Shown here: positions 1-10,608 of the stretch, in pieces
Layout: the number at the start of each line of letters is the position of its first letter
Numbering within the stretch: the first letter of the stretch is position 1
Assembly (NCBI GenBank): GCA_965222575.1
Contig: OZ244958.1
Location: forward strand, 96,001-160,000
Direction: 5' to 3'
DNA length: 64,000 bases
Source of the DNA: Alphaproteobacteria bacterium
GTDB lineage: Bacteria > Pseudomonadota > Alphaproteobacteria > G965222575
Translations under genes and position numbers: made by a program
The notes under the pieces: model-generated
What the model saw: only the letters and a program-made list of their open reading frames with translations
Told to the model about the DNA's origin: nothing
The model's database searches: none

Positions 1-3000
1 ACGAAAATGTAGAGACGTCTGCAAGTTCAGATACAAAGTCTTCCCATGTCCCACATCTAATAACTCCCGCCCCGTAATGCCTGCGACACTCCTGAAATCC
101 TGAATATATCCCGTCTCCAGTTGAATAGGATAATGAGAGTACGCTACATAAAGACGATACCCTCCCGGTGAATAGGATTGGTCAAAATGCTCAACATACT
201 GCCTGTTAGCCATGGTGAGACCAAGAGTCACATTCCCCACATTCTTCACTGACCGTTGAACAGATAAGGAATAATTAGGCGTTATTTGCGTTTCTTGTGG
301 CATAGAATGATAAAGCCCCAACACAGTTTCTCCTGCTATATAAGGCTTTCCTTTTGCCTTTGTGCCAAGACCGAAACGATAAAGAGTCCCAGAAGCCCTC
401 CAAGAGAAACTAAGCCCCAAAGAGCGCTTCGCTTCTTCAGAAGATTTCTGCTCCATTATCTGTTGTAGTTCATCCGGAAGCGGGACATCTAAGCCGGGGG
501 TTTGCCAATATTGTAGATGCAAGTTCAGCCGTCCCCCAAAGAGTGTATGCCGTGTCGCTACCTGTTTCCCAGCAGGAACAAAAAATTGTAGGGATTTTAC
601 CTGAGCAAAGCCTAAAAAGCCCTTGTAAAGAGAATAAGAAAAATCCCTATTGAAGTCATCCAGTACAGTAATACTTAAGGGTTGATTGTGTAAAGCATCT
701 CCTAAACTCGGTGGGACAATGAAAGAAAGCTTTGGCGTAATAGGCACAGCACTAGCACTTCTAGCACTAACACCTCCAACAGCCGGTACTTTCTGAACAC
801 CAATAGAACTCAGAGCCTGCCTGATATTCAGTAAGCCATGCCCAAAAACTTCATCAACGCCCGGTGCGCCTATATCATCGGCAGTTTGAAGCAAGACTTG
901 GGCAATATCCTCTGCCTTAAGAGACGGCCAACGTTCCTTCAGCAAGGCAGCAGCGCCAGACACAATTGGTACCGCTATAGACGTATCAAAGGCGGGATTA
1001 TGAGTATTAAGTTTGCCACCAGAGTCACCCTCATGAGTATAATAATACTCGCCGTCGCTATTTTGTTGTTTTTCAATCCCGTTTTCTCCGTCACTGTGTG
1101 GATGCCAAACAAATCCTGACTTGGATAAAAGCCCGTAAGAGCTTCGTGGGGTTACATAGTACGATGGAGTACCCGCATCCGGCCCGCTCCACCTGCTCCT
1201 CTCCACTTGCGCAATATTCACCAGCCTTTCAGAATTGACGACAACAGGCGCAAATAAGCAAAAGTCTTTGGCTTCGCCACACCACCGCGAAAAGTCTGCT
1301 GATCTCGTTAGATGGACTCGCTCCACAGAGCGGTCATCGTCCCATGCAAAGACCTCTTTTATATCCGCTGCACCAACAGCAAGAACTCGTCCATAAAATT
1401 TTGGCAAATAAGCTCCTGCTGCAGGAGTACTCGGTGTTCGAGGTTCATTTCTGTTCCTATTGCCAAGAGCACTCACCACAAGGATTCCTTCATGGGTGAA
1501 ATACTCAATGAGCTGTTCCACCGTGTTATCCTGCTGGTTATCAGCATCCGACAAACTGATATTCACAATATCAATAGAGTTATCAATAGAGTCTAAATGC
1601 TGGCGAAACAAACCGAACTCATTATTGAAGTTAGTTCGAATCTCATTTACGGGAACAGGGTCCTCACGCGTCTTGAGCTCATGTGTTACTATTCTTGTCA
1701 GATATTTTCTGATGTCTAGAGGAAAAATTTCGGCGTTATAAGCAACGCCATGGGGCCATATACCAGCCATATTTTCCACCAATTCTTCATCCGTCTTACC
1801 GCTATAATGGGTCTTTCCCGAAGCAATAATGCGTGAGACTATGGTGCCATGAAAGTCCCTGTCACCTTTTGGTGGCAGAATCACTTCATTCCAATTCTCA
1901 TCGGTAACTCCCATCCCTTGCATTAACTTTTTCACAAAATGGCTATCTAAAACGCCAACCAGGACTCCCTTGCCTGTAATGCCGCGCGCATAGGCATGGG
2001 CTACGCCAATCATATCAAAAATTTGGGCGTTATAGCGATAGCCTATATGTTGGAAAGCATTTTCATAGCGCGCATCATATATGTCTTGCGCCTGTTGTTC
2101 AGTTAGGGAAGACCAGTCTGTGTCCCAATGAGAATCACGTTTCGGGTGATAAGGATTACTCCAGCCTAAGTAAATCATTTTAGACGTTTTCACCTTAACA
2201 GTGTGTTCTCCTCTTTTTCTAATGAACTTCCAAAGGTGATCGTTGTGACTAATGTTTGGCAAGGCTTCGTCCGAGAATATCTGACCCGAGTCCCAAACGT
2301 AAAAGAAACTCTCATCATTCCCCGTTTTCCTTGTATATTTTGGTTCCACATAAGAGAAGACAGTGAATTTATCATTAGTGACTCCCTGCGTAAATGTTTT
2401 CTCTGCATTTTCCGCGTAAATGGCAATGGTTTCTATCTCACTAGCAAGCATATGAGCTTGGTTTGCTTTCAAGGTTGCTCCATTCACTGCATCAATGATA
2501 TCCTCGGCGAGATTTACGTTTTCATCTTTGTCATCTTTCGGCTCTCCATTAGGGACAAGCATTCTGATTTCATTGTCTCTTATAGCTTCTGCTTCCCTGG
2601 CAAAACGCGTTGCAGTAACACTTATAAGGCGAGCTGTACCAGCCTTTTCTCTTGCGAACTGAGCCTTAGAATGTATCTCGGCAACTGTTATGGTGTCTTG
2701 AGTAGTTTGTATGTCATACAGAATTTGTCTGATTTCTTCCAAGGCATTTTCAGCTTTTAGCTCTTCAGTATTTGCTAAGATGAGTAATTTGTCCAGCTGT
2801 TCAGTGTTTGCCGCCCGCACGGGAACTTCTAGAGCAGCTGCAATTGTCTCCGCTGCTACCGCCGCCGTATTGGCTTCCTTGCGCGCTGTTACTGCCTCCG
2901 AAGCCGCATCATCCGCCTCGTCGGCCTTGTCAGCATTATGGTCTCTGAGTGCTTCTGCTTTATTCGCCGCAACGCGTGCCACTCGAGCAGCTCTTTGAGC

Positions 3001-3228
3001 AACAATAGCTGCATCCCTCGCAATCTTTGCCTGTTCCCGGGCTTCAAAGGCAGTAACATCATCCTTTGCTGCCGCCTTTTGCGCCGCTTCCGCCGCCTCT
3101 TTCGCCGCTATTGCTTTGTTTGCCTGTATTCTCGCAACAGCAGCCCAACCACTTGCTTTTACCTTTTCTTCGTCAGCTTTTTGAACGCCAGCCTTCAGTT
3201 CTTGATACAAATCGTGTGCTATATCGGC
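1..3228 (-). CDS. C-terminal part of giant surface protein: last Ala-rich repeats, subtilisin-like S8 protease domain and beta-barrel-like C-terminal region (runs off window start)
   Basis: Manual translation gives an open minus-strand frame from 3228 to base 1 (absent from the ORF track because it leaves the window). S8 motifs: ITGKGVLVGVLDS (Asp ~1946), DFHGTIVSRIIA (His ~1850), IVNISLS, GILVVSALGN, CGEAKDFCLFAP, FDTSIAVPIVSGAAALLKERWP (Ser ~980), TADDIGAPGVDEVFGHGLLN. Confidence 0.88.
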
Positions 3229-3780
3229 TTATCGATTCTCGCTTGATGCAACACCGCTATCTGCGGCTTTTGCGGCTGCAAGCACAGAGGCGGCCTTTTG
3301 CAGCATCAGATGGATGCGAGTTTATCCGCTTCATTAGATGCCGCGTGCGCCGCTCCTGCAGCAACTGCAGCATCACTGTATGCGTGTACGGCTTTTATGT
3401 AAGCTTTGTATGCCTTTCTATAATCCAAAGTTGCTTGAGCGGCTTCCGCCTCTAAACGTGCCGCTATGACTTCATCCCGCGCGTCTTCCGCTTCCTTCTG
3501 TTTTGTAAGCGCTGTCCTTAAATATCCATCTAGCAGTCGTTGGTCAGCACTTTGGAAGGACAAAGCTCTTCCCCTATCACGAATGAGAAGGGCTACCTTT
3601 ATTGTCTCATCCCGCACATTTGCTGCCTCTTGAGCTTTAAGTCTTTGCCGTCTACCGCCTGTGGGGCTTGTTCGTTGAGTGTTAGGGCTTCCTGAGCCGC
3701 CGTATCTGCGGCATCTGCGGCAGTTCTTGCCGCCACAACACTAACATTTTGAGCGGTAGCCAGTAGTGCTTATTGGCTTC
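3229..3780 (-). other. Frame-disrupted middle segment of the same Ala-rich protein (includes ORF 3306..3617)
   Basis: Ala-rich repeat sequence continues across frame switches near 3765, 3640 and 3305 and an in-frame TAA at 3229-3231. Confidence 0.75.
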
Positions 3781-6700
3781 GTTTAAATCGGATGTTGCTT
3801 GTGCCGCAACCAATAAGTTATCAACAGCACTTTTAGCCTGTCTTGCCTTCCCTAGTTGTTTCTCTACCTCCGCCAAAAGTTCCTCTAATTTAGTGTTTTT
3901 TGCATTGCTTACTATCATTTCGGCAGCAAAAGCAACATTATCAGCAACTTTGGCTGCGTTTTCTGCCGCAAGCACATGCCTTTTAATGTCGGCAAGCGTT
4001 GCCGTATCACTTGGCCCTAGGAGCTTTGCTTCCTCATAGGCAGAGTTCACCAACCCAGCCAAGTAATTAGCCTGAGTGGCAGCACTCCTCGCTACCTCGG
4101 CTTGATTATTTGCTTTAAGGAGATTCCCTGCAGTAGCAGCTGCTTCTGCCTCATCCCGCGCGGCTCTTGCTTTCTGTACCTCTCCCGGCACTTTTCCTGC
4201 TTCATCTCGTGCTGTTTTTAAAAATCCAGTGATATCCGCAACTATAGGAGCTTGTTCTTGTGTCTCCGTTACTGTTTCGGCTTCAGTAGCAGCAGCTTCT
4301 GCGGCAACCGCAGCACTATCAGCATTAGTAGCAGCCAAAACAATAGCCTCAATTGTCAAAGCCTCATCTTGCGTATTGTTCAATTTTGGGTATGTTAGCG
4401 CTTGACGAGAAGCCGCAAGAGCGGAATCAGCAGCCTTTCGTGCTAATGTGGCTTTACTCCTCGCGACCAAGACGTTCGGGTTCGCATCAGCGGGTGTGGC
4501 GGCATTGAGCGCCAAATCCCGTGCGCCTTCTGCCTCCCCTTGAAAGCCTTTTGCGTCACTTTCTCCTTGCTCTGCCGTTTTTAACAATTGACCGAGCTCG
4601 TCATTCTTCGCTGATACAGTAGCAACAACAGCTTCTTCTGCGGCAGTAGCAGCAGCTTGTGCTTGCTCTTTATATTGAGTGGCAAGAGCCGCCACCGCCA
4701 AAACTTCTTGAGTCTGTTGACTGGTAGAGTTCATTTTTTGGGCTTCATCAGAGGCCTCTACCGCCGCACCTGCGGCTTCTTCAGCCTTAGTGGCGAAACC
4801 ACGCGCGTTACCTGCTTGCCGCCGCACTTGGGCAACAGTAACACCCTCTTTTTCCGCCGCCCTTTGAGCAGCTATCGCTTGATTCCGCGCAGTTTTTGCC
4901 TTCGCCTGTTCCGCCTTTGCCGTTGCTAAATGTTCACCTAGCGTTTCTTCCAGTTTCATATTGTCTGCGATTCTTTGAACAGAATCGGCAGCGGCTTGAG
5001 CTTCATCGGCCCAGCCTTGAATTTGAGAGATGATTCCTTGAACTTTATTGCCTATGATATCGGCCATTCGAACGAGGTCGCTACGTTTCGTCCATTCCTT
5101 TGCGTCATCAGCGGCCCTTTGAACTTGATTGGCCACGTCTTGAGCGCCAGAGGCAATTTTTTGAGCAGCAGTGTAATTGGTAGCATCTGTCACAGAATTT
5201 TTCGCCCGATCCGCATAATGTTGTCCCCACCACCCTCGACTGTAAGGACTTCCATCTGCATCACATTCGGCGTTAAAGTGCCACCCTAGGAGATACTTTG
5301 CGTTAATTTCGGCAATTCGAGCGGCTTCGGTAGCGGCTTGAGCTTCATCGGCCTCTGTCTTCACAGCTGCGGCCTTTTGAGGATTAAAGGACTTGAGTGT
5401 TTGCGCTTCTCGAGACGCCGCTGCTGCCGCCGCTGACGCAGTCTGCGCGCTCTTATACGCTGCAATCGCCCTCCTAGTGGGTCTCTCTGCTAGGACGAGA
5501 GAGGCCGCATCTTTCGTCGCCCACCGTGCCGTCTCCGCCTCCCTTTTCGCGGCTTCTGCGGCCTCTTTTCCTAGCCGTGCCGTTTCTAACAATTCATCTA
5601 GCCTTTTTTCCGCAACTGCGGCACCAGCAGCAGTACTAGCGGCAGAAGCAACTTCTCCTGCTTCCCTTGCATATCTCTCTGCCGCCTCTGCCGCTATATT
5701 CGCATTAATGGCCTGCGTAGTGGTAGAGTCGATATTGTTGGCTGCAGTAGCCGCATCTCCCGCCTCACGGGCGGCGTCTTCCGCTTTACCCTGCTCGTCT
5801 TCCGCATCACCAACAGCAGTTGTATCAGTAGTATCTCCCGCCCTACCCCGCGCCGCTTTAGCGGCGTTCAGTGCAATTAAGGCGTCACTTTCTCCTTTCT
5901 CTGCCGTTTTTAGAAGGGTCTCTAGCTCGGAAGTCTTTTGAGTCGACAAATTTCCTTCGGCTTCATCAACAACACTTTCTGCTTCACCAGCAAAACCCTC
6001 AGCATTAGTAGCAGCCGAAGCAATAGCAACAATTGTCAAAGCCTCAGCCTGCGTATTGCTCGAGTCTGGGTATTTTAGAGCAACTTCATCAGAAGCATCA
6101 CCAGCAGAATTAGCAGCACTTAGTGCTTTTCCGGCAGCATCACTCACGAGAGCAACTTTCAGTTTCTTAGCAGCGTATGTGGTGATATTGAGCACCACTT
6201 GCAGTGCGGCTCTGGTTTTACGAAGCGCTTCTTTTGCATCACTTTCTCCTGTCTGTGCCGTTGTTAAATATCCATTGAGCTCTTTACTCTTCACTGATAC
6301 AGCAGCAGCAGCAGCGTCTTTAGCGTCTTTAGCAACTACTTGTGCGAGCTTTTTATGTTGAAGGGCTCTTAAAGCAGCCGCAGAAGCTTCTCGAGCTTGC
6401 CTACTGTTAGAGTCGATGCCATCGGCTTCATCAGATGCCGAATCTGCCGCAGATACGGCGTCTTCCGCTTTACCAGCTTGTTGAGAAGCAATACCTGCTT
6501 GTATCAGTGCTTCAACGGTAGTAACACCAACTTTTCCCGCCTCCTTTTTCGCCGCTTTAGCGGCATTCAGTGCCGCTTCTGCGTCACTTTCCCCTTTCCG
6601 TGCCGTTTTTAACAATTTATTTAGCTGCAGGGTTTTAGCATTGTCTTCTAGCGTCAACGCCGCTGTTTCTGCTTCACCAGCAAAATCATCGGCAGTCTGA

Positions 6701-7593
6701 GCGGCTTGTTCCGCGTCATTGGCCACTTCCTTCACAGCTTTGACAATTCCGGCAGTTGTATCGTTAAAGAATTTGAATGGGAGCGCTTCATAATACGCCT
6801 CTTTCGCCAATCCAGCAGCAGTTTGAGCGTCATCGGCGAAACCACGCGCGTACCCTGCTTCATCCCGCGCTGTAGCGGCAGTAACATCAGCCGCTTGCGC
6901 CAAATTCCGTGCGTCTTCCGCATCATCCCGTGCATCTTCCGCATCACCTTTTTTTCTCTTTGCCGTTGCTAACAATGCATTGAGATTTTCTTCCGCAGAG
7001 TCAGCAGCGGCCTCAGATTTGGAATCATAATCCTTTATTATTTTAGTTGCTCTTTCTACCAATGTTGCGTCTTTTTTAGCTTCCTCAGCAACAACAAAAG
7101 CAGCTGTAATAGCTTCGATCATGGCTACTTGGGCTTTCGTTGCTAAGCCTATTGCCTTTCTCATCGCTTCCATTATCTTCTCAACTTGCGTCGGGTCTTT
7201 ATCATATAAGTCCTGAACTTTCTTCGCCGCATCTGCAGCGGCTTTAGCCGCCTTGATAGCGTCTTCAGCAGCTTTGGTGGCCTCGGCAGCCTTGGTGGTT
7301 ACAGTCTCTACTGTAGATTCAGTGAACGGCTTTACTGCTTCCTTAAGAGTGTCAGCATCTTCCACTGCAGTTGCAGCAGTTGACGTTACACTTGTGACCC
7401 TATCCTCGCTCACTGATTGAGAAGAAGATGAAGGTATCGAACCCCCACTTGCGCCTCCGCCTACACTTGCGCCTCCGCCCCCGCCCCCACTTGCACTTCC
7501 GCCCCCGCCCCCGCAACCCTGTAGCATTAAACCAACCCCTGCCACACAAAGTGAGACAAAAAATCCTCTCTTCAGGCTTTTCCCTTTACTCAT
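3682..7593 (-). CDS. N-terminal part of giant lipoprotein with Ala-rich alpha-helical repeats
   Basis: Signal peptide with lipobox LQG-C, Gly/Ser linker, then recurring L-x-x-LL-x-TA-x-x-GESDA-type motif; 1303 aa ORF whose last residues are out of frame. Confidence 0.85.
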   Translation of the reverse strand: MSKGKSLKRGFFVSLCVAGVGLMLQGCGGGGGSASGGGGGGASVGGGASGGSIPSSSSQSVSEDRVTSVTSTAATAVEDADTLKEAVKPFTESTVETVTTKAAEATKAAEDAIKAAKAAADAAKKVQDLYDKDPTQVEKIMEAMRKAIGLATKAQVAMIEAITAAFVVAEEAKKDATLVERATKIIKDYDSKSEAAADSAEENLNALLATAKRKKGDAEDARDDAEDARNLAQAADVTAATARDEAGYARGFADDAQTAAGLAKEAYYEALPFKFFNDTTAGIVKAVKEVANDAEQAAQTADDFAGEAETAALTLEDNAKTLQLNKLLKTARKGESDAEAALNAAKAAKKEAGKVGVTTVEALIQAGIASQQAGKAEDAVSAADSASDEADGIDSNSRQAREASAAALRALQHKKLAQVVAKDAKDAAAAAVSVKSKELNGYLTTAQTGESDAKEALRKTRAALQVVLNITTYAAKKLKVALVSDAAGKALSAANSAGDASDEVALKYPDSSNTQAEALTIVAIASAATNAEGFAGEAESVVDEAEGNLSTQKTSELETLLKTAEKGESDALIALNAAKAARGRAGDTTDTTAVGDAEDEQGKAEDAAREAGDAATAANNIDSTTTQAINANIAAEAAERYAREAGEVASAASTAAGAAVAEKRLDELLETARLGKEAAEAAKREAETARWATKDAASLVLAERPTRRAIAAYKSAQTASAAAAAASREAQTLKSFNPQKAAAVKTEADEAQAATEAARIAEINAKYLLGWHFNAECDADGSPYSRGWWGQHYADRAKNSVTDATNYTAAQKIASGAQDVANQVQRAADDAKEWTKRSDLVRMADIIGNKVQGIISQIQGWADEAQAAADSVQRIADNMKLEETLGEHLATAKAEQAKAKTARNQAIAAQRAAEKEGVTVAQVRRQAGNARGFATKAEEAAGAAVEASDEAQKMNSTSQQTQEVLAVAALATQYKEQAQAAATAAEEAVVATVSAKNDELGQLLKTAEQGESDAKGFQGEAEGARDLALNAATPADANPNVLVARSKATLARKAADSALAASRQALTYPKLNNTQDEALTIEAIVLAATNADSAAVAAEAAATEAETVTETQEQAPIVADITGFLKTARDEAGKVPGEVQKARAARDEAEAAATAGNLLKANNQAEVARSAATQANYLAGLVNSAYEEAKLLGPSDTATLADIKRHVLAAENAAKVADNVAFAAEMIVSNAKNTKLEELLAEVEKQLGKARQAKSAVDNLLVAAQATSDLNEANKHYWLPLKMLVLWRQELPQMPQIRRLRKP

Positions 7594-7735
7594 TATATTA
7601 TCTCCACCTAATAAACACTAACCTATGCCCTAATTTAACAACATCTTGATGATTTTTCAAGTCAATTTTCCTATTAATTTCATTCTACAGAATTTTTCGT
7701 CCATCCTTGCGCCTGTTTTCCAACAAAGAGAGAGG

Positions 7736-7775
7736 GCTTGTGAAGCACAGCTTGTGAAGCACAGCTTGTGAAGCA
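7736..7775. repeat. 14-bp tandem repeat GCTTGTGAAGCACA, about 3 copies, in a divergent intergenic region
   Basis: Read directly from sequence. Confidence 0.85.
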
Positions 7776-7902
7776 GGAGATACTCTAGGATACTCCATAC
7801 AACCTCTAAAAACTGCCAATACTCAAAGGCAGTGGATTTAAAAGAAAATTCACTCTCTTTATTATATGATTCCCTATCAATCTTACTTATTCCCCTCCAA
7901 CC

Positions 7903-9546
7903 GTGCCGTCCAAAATCTCCTCTCTTTCTATCTCAGACCTGGTGTCTGATAACAACAAAACCAGTCGTGCGTCTTTTATGAAATCCCATGATGGAGATTA
8001 CCGCTTTAGTACAGCCATCAAGGTTAAAGTTCGAAAAGATACTGAGGGCGGAGAAAAGGTTTTCCTCTCTCGAGGAAGTCCTGTTAAGCGCTTAGTGTTT
8101 TGGGCCCGTGAGACCTTTATGGGAAAATCTGGCCAAGAACGTAACAATCGTGCTATTCGTGATGTCGTTCTTGAGGCCTTGCGGGCAAGATATCAGGACG
8201 CAAATTTTGGAGAGGCAGCCTACGATACTATCAATTGGGTCAAAGCTTACAACCTGAGCAAGTCTCACAAAGACACTCATCTTCTCCATGGACACGATGC
8301 AGAAAGAAAAGAAAGAGATGCAATTATAGAGGCATTTGATACTAAACCCTTATACTTAAGAGAGATAAAAGATCTTATGAGGGTAGCAACCCACAATCGA
8401 GAACAAATAGTAAAACTTGCTAGCGAGCACTTTGACTCCGTCGTAGAGAATATAACAACACTACAGAAGATACTCCTTAGCCCCGAAACACCAGAAATAC
8501 AAAAAAAATTCCAAGACGGATACACTGCTCTTTTTAACGCTCTTCGTATGACCCCTGCACAACAAAAGGAGGGTCACCGCCTAGGATATAAGCAAAAAGA
8601 TATGTTCCTTGAGCATTTACGACAAGGATTCTCTTACTTCAGTCTGCAACCCGGAGTTCAGCAGGGAACTGTTTCATTTCAAAAAGCCTTCACAGAAGAG
8701 GTTATACAAGGCATCATCTCACGTGTTCTTAATAATACTCCTTCCGATGCGAAATGGCTTGAGCAATTTTACACCCCCGGCGTAGATGTTGAGGATATGA
8801 GAAAAGAAATCTCTAGCAACTCTCGCCGTTTTCATGCCCCTGCTGTTGACAATGTCAAGGAAGTTTCCATTGGTGATAGGCTTGCAGAGCCTCTTCAAAC
8901 TTCCCAGAGTATCAGGGACTACTTAAAAGTCCTATTGTCTAAAGACAATATTAAAGAGTTTTTGGAGGAAAACCTTGATTTTGAAGGTAATAGTGAACTT
9001 CTCAACTCCTATATGAAAAGAAAGCGTGTAAAATTCGCTCTAGGACACGCGAAAAGAGAGCTTAAAAAACAGGGATTAGAAATGCACCGGACTCTTGGTA
9101 AAGAGGATACAGAGGGGAGGAAAGAAGAGGTAAGAAAAGCCTTAGTAGACGGGTTTCTTGCGGCGGCGGTGAAAAGCGGTACAGAGATCAAAGTTCTGAA
9201 CGTCCTCGATAGAACCAAAAAAGCCACGGGAAGACTTTACCATACTGCTCAAGTCTCAAAGCCCTTAAGCTCAATACAACAAGAGCGGAGACAGCAAAAT
9301 CTGGAAACATTCAAAAATCTCTTGCAGCAGGAGATCTCTGCGGGGACAAAGTGCTCTGACCACCTGAATGTTTTTGAGGCAAGACTGCGTGAGGCAATCC
9401 TTACAGAGACCAAAGAGAGCGTACAGAACCAGATTATGGAAGACAAAGAGGCTCGGCTTTTGTCAAAAGAGGAAATTGAGACCCTCTTTTTTTCTACTCT
9501 GTTTCAGACCGGAGATTCTAAAGAAAAAAGCCTAGGCAAAAGATAA
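7903..9546 (+). CDS. Hypothetical helical protein, candidate secreted effector
   Basis: 547 aa ORF, Ser-rich N-terminus without signal peptide; N-terminal motif shared with the ORF at 19689. Confidence 0.7.
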   Translation: MPSKISSLSISDLVSDNNKTSRASFMKSHDGDYRFSTAIKVKVRKDTEGGEKVFLSRGSPVKRLVFWARETFMGKSGQERNNRAIRDVVLEALRARYQDANFGEAAYDTINWVKAYNLSKSHKDTHLLHGHDAERKERDAIIEAFDTKPLYLREIKDLMRVATHNREQIVKLASEHFDSVVENITTLQKILLSPETPEIQKKFQDGYTALFNALRMTPAQQKEGHRLGYKQKDMFLEHLRQGFSYFSLQPGVQQGTVSFQKAFTEEVIQGIISRVLNNTPSDAKWLEQFYTPGVDVEDMRKEISSNSRRFHAPAVDNVKEVSIGDRLAEPLQTSQSIRDYLKVLLSKDNIKEFLEENLDFEGNSELLNSYMKRKRVKFALGHAKRELKKQGLEMHRTLGKEDTEGRKEEVRKALVDGFLAAAVKSGTEIKVLNVLDRTKKATGRLYHTAQVSKPLSSIQQERRQQNLETFKNLLQQEISAGTKCSDHLNVFEARLREAILTETKESVQNQIMEDKEARLLSKEEIETLFFSTLFQTGDSKEKSLGKR

Positions 9547-9820
9547 AAGAATCTTCCGTATGTGCGATACACAAAAGGGCTGTAGCGGGAATCGGCTTAG
9601 GTTGATAGGACTGCTTGTATACTTTTCTTTGAACGCTTGTCTCCAAAGAGACGGCACTCTATGAACAAGGACAAGCCATATCCATTAGTGTATTGTGTGG
9701 AGGGGTGGCAGGAGATGACAGGACAAAACTCTATCTTAAAGAAGACAGGAAAGACCTATTGTCAAATTAAGTAAAAATTCCTAAGCTAGCAACTAGCATG
9801 AATTCATCTGGAAGAAAGTT

Positions 9821-10360
9821 ATGCCTTTAGTTGATACCATTTTCAACGTTATGACTGCTATTAGTACAATAATACTCTCTGGAATTGCTTTATGGACTAT
9901 ACGTCATAAAGACACCAAAAGATTACATGCTATCATCGAGCTACGTGTTATCATCGATTCACGAAACGTACAGGTACAGATAGTACAGATTAGTTTAAGT
10001 AATCGAGGGAGTGATAGACTTTGTTTGAAAAGCATTGTCCCATTTGGGATCAAACGTAAGGGAGGAAGAATAATTCTACTTAGGAAAAGCGATGGTAGTA
10101 ATATAGACCCTATAAAAATAGAGCCCTTCCGACATTATGACTGCATACTTGCAGAAGGGGAAGAAGACGTTAACAAACAAGTAGAAGCAATAAAAGAGTA
10201 CTGGAAAAAAGAAATTAACAATTGTTCTTGGTGGAAGCGATGGTTATCAAAATTTAAATGGACAAAGCAATTTGATGTGGTTTTTGAAGATGGTACTCTC
10301 GTGAAAGGAAAGATAGGAAAAGAATTCTATAAAAAAGTTTGGGGATCAATGAATACCTAG
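9821..10360 (+). CDS. Hypothetical protein with N-terminal membrane anchor
   Basis: 179 aa AT-rich ORF, hydrophobic residues ~8-27. Confidence 0.65.
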   Translation: MPLVDTIFNVMTAISTIILSGIALWTIRHKDTKRLHAIIELRVIIDSRNVQVQIVQISLSNRGSDRLCLKSIVPFGIKRKGGRIILLRKSDGSNIDPIKIEPFRHYDCILAEGEEDVNKQVEAIKEYWKKEINNCSWWKRWLSKFKWTKQFDVVFEDGTLVKGKIGKEFYKKVWGSMNT

Positions 10361-10369
10361 CACTAAATA

Positions 10370-10505
10370 CAGAACATGACAGGCAAGGATGCAATTTTGG
10401 ACATGCGCATATTGTGCTGTTGTTTGCGGCGGGGGGGGTCCTAGCAACTCCCCTAGCATCGGCAAAGACATCCCCTTACTCACTGCAGGCAAAACTATAA
10501 TGGTT
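10370..10505 (-). pseudogene. Tyrosine recombinase/integrase C-terminal remnant
   Basis: AVSKGMSLPMLGELLGPPPPQTTAQYAHV matches the box II LGH...TT.RYAH motif with His lost; an out-of-frame HYSFA just upstream resembles RHSFA. Confidence 0.7.
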
Positions 10506-10556
10506 GCTACACTCAAGCCTCGGCTATGCCCCCCGACATTTTCATCTATTAGATAT

Positions 10557-10588
10557 AAAAAAAGAAGGGGCTCCTCAGCCCCTTCTTT
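10557..10588 (-). terminator. Rho-independent terminator after the 972-aa gene
   Basis: AAAGAAGGGGCT-CCTC-AGCCCCTTCTTT hairpin with T-tract on the minus strand. Confidence 0.75.
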
Positions 10589-10608
10589 CATTGCTTGTCT
10601 AAGGAAAT

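Noticed and set aside
3229-3231. Programmed stop readthrough or selenocysteine
   Set aside because: The codon is TAA and sits among several nearby indels; error or decay is simpler.
286-3455. Plus-strand ORFs over the first 3.5 kb, and similar short antisense ORFs throughout the window
   Set aside because: Shadows of the real opposite-strand genes.
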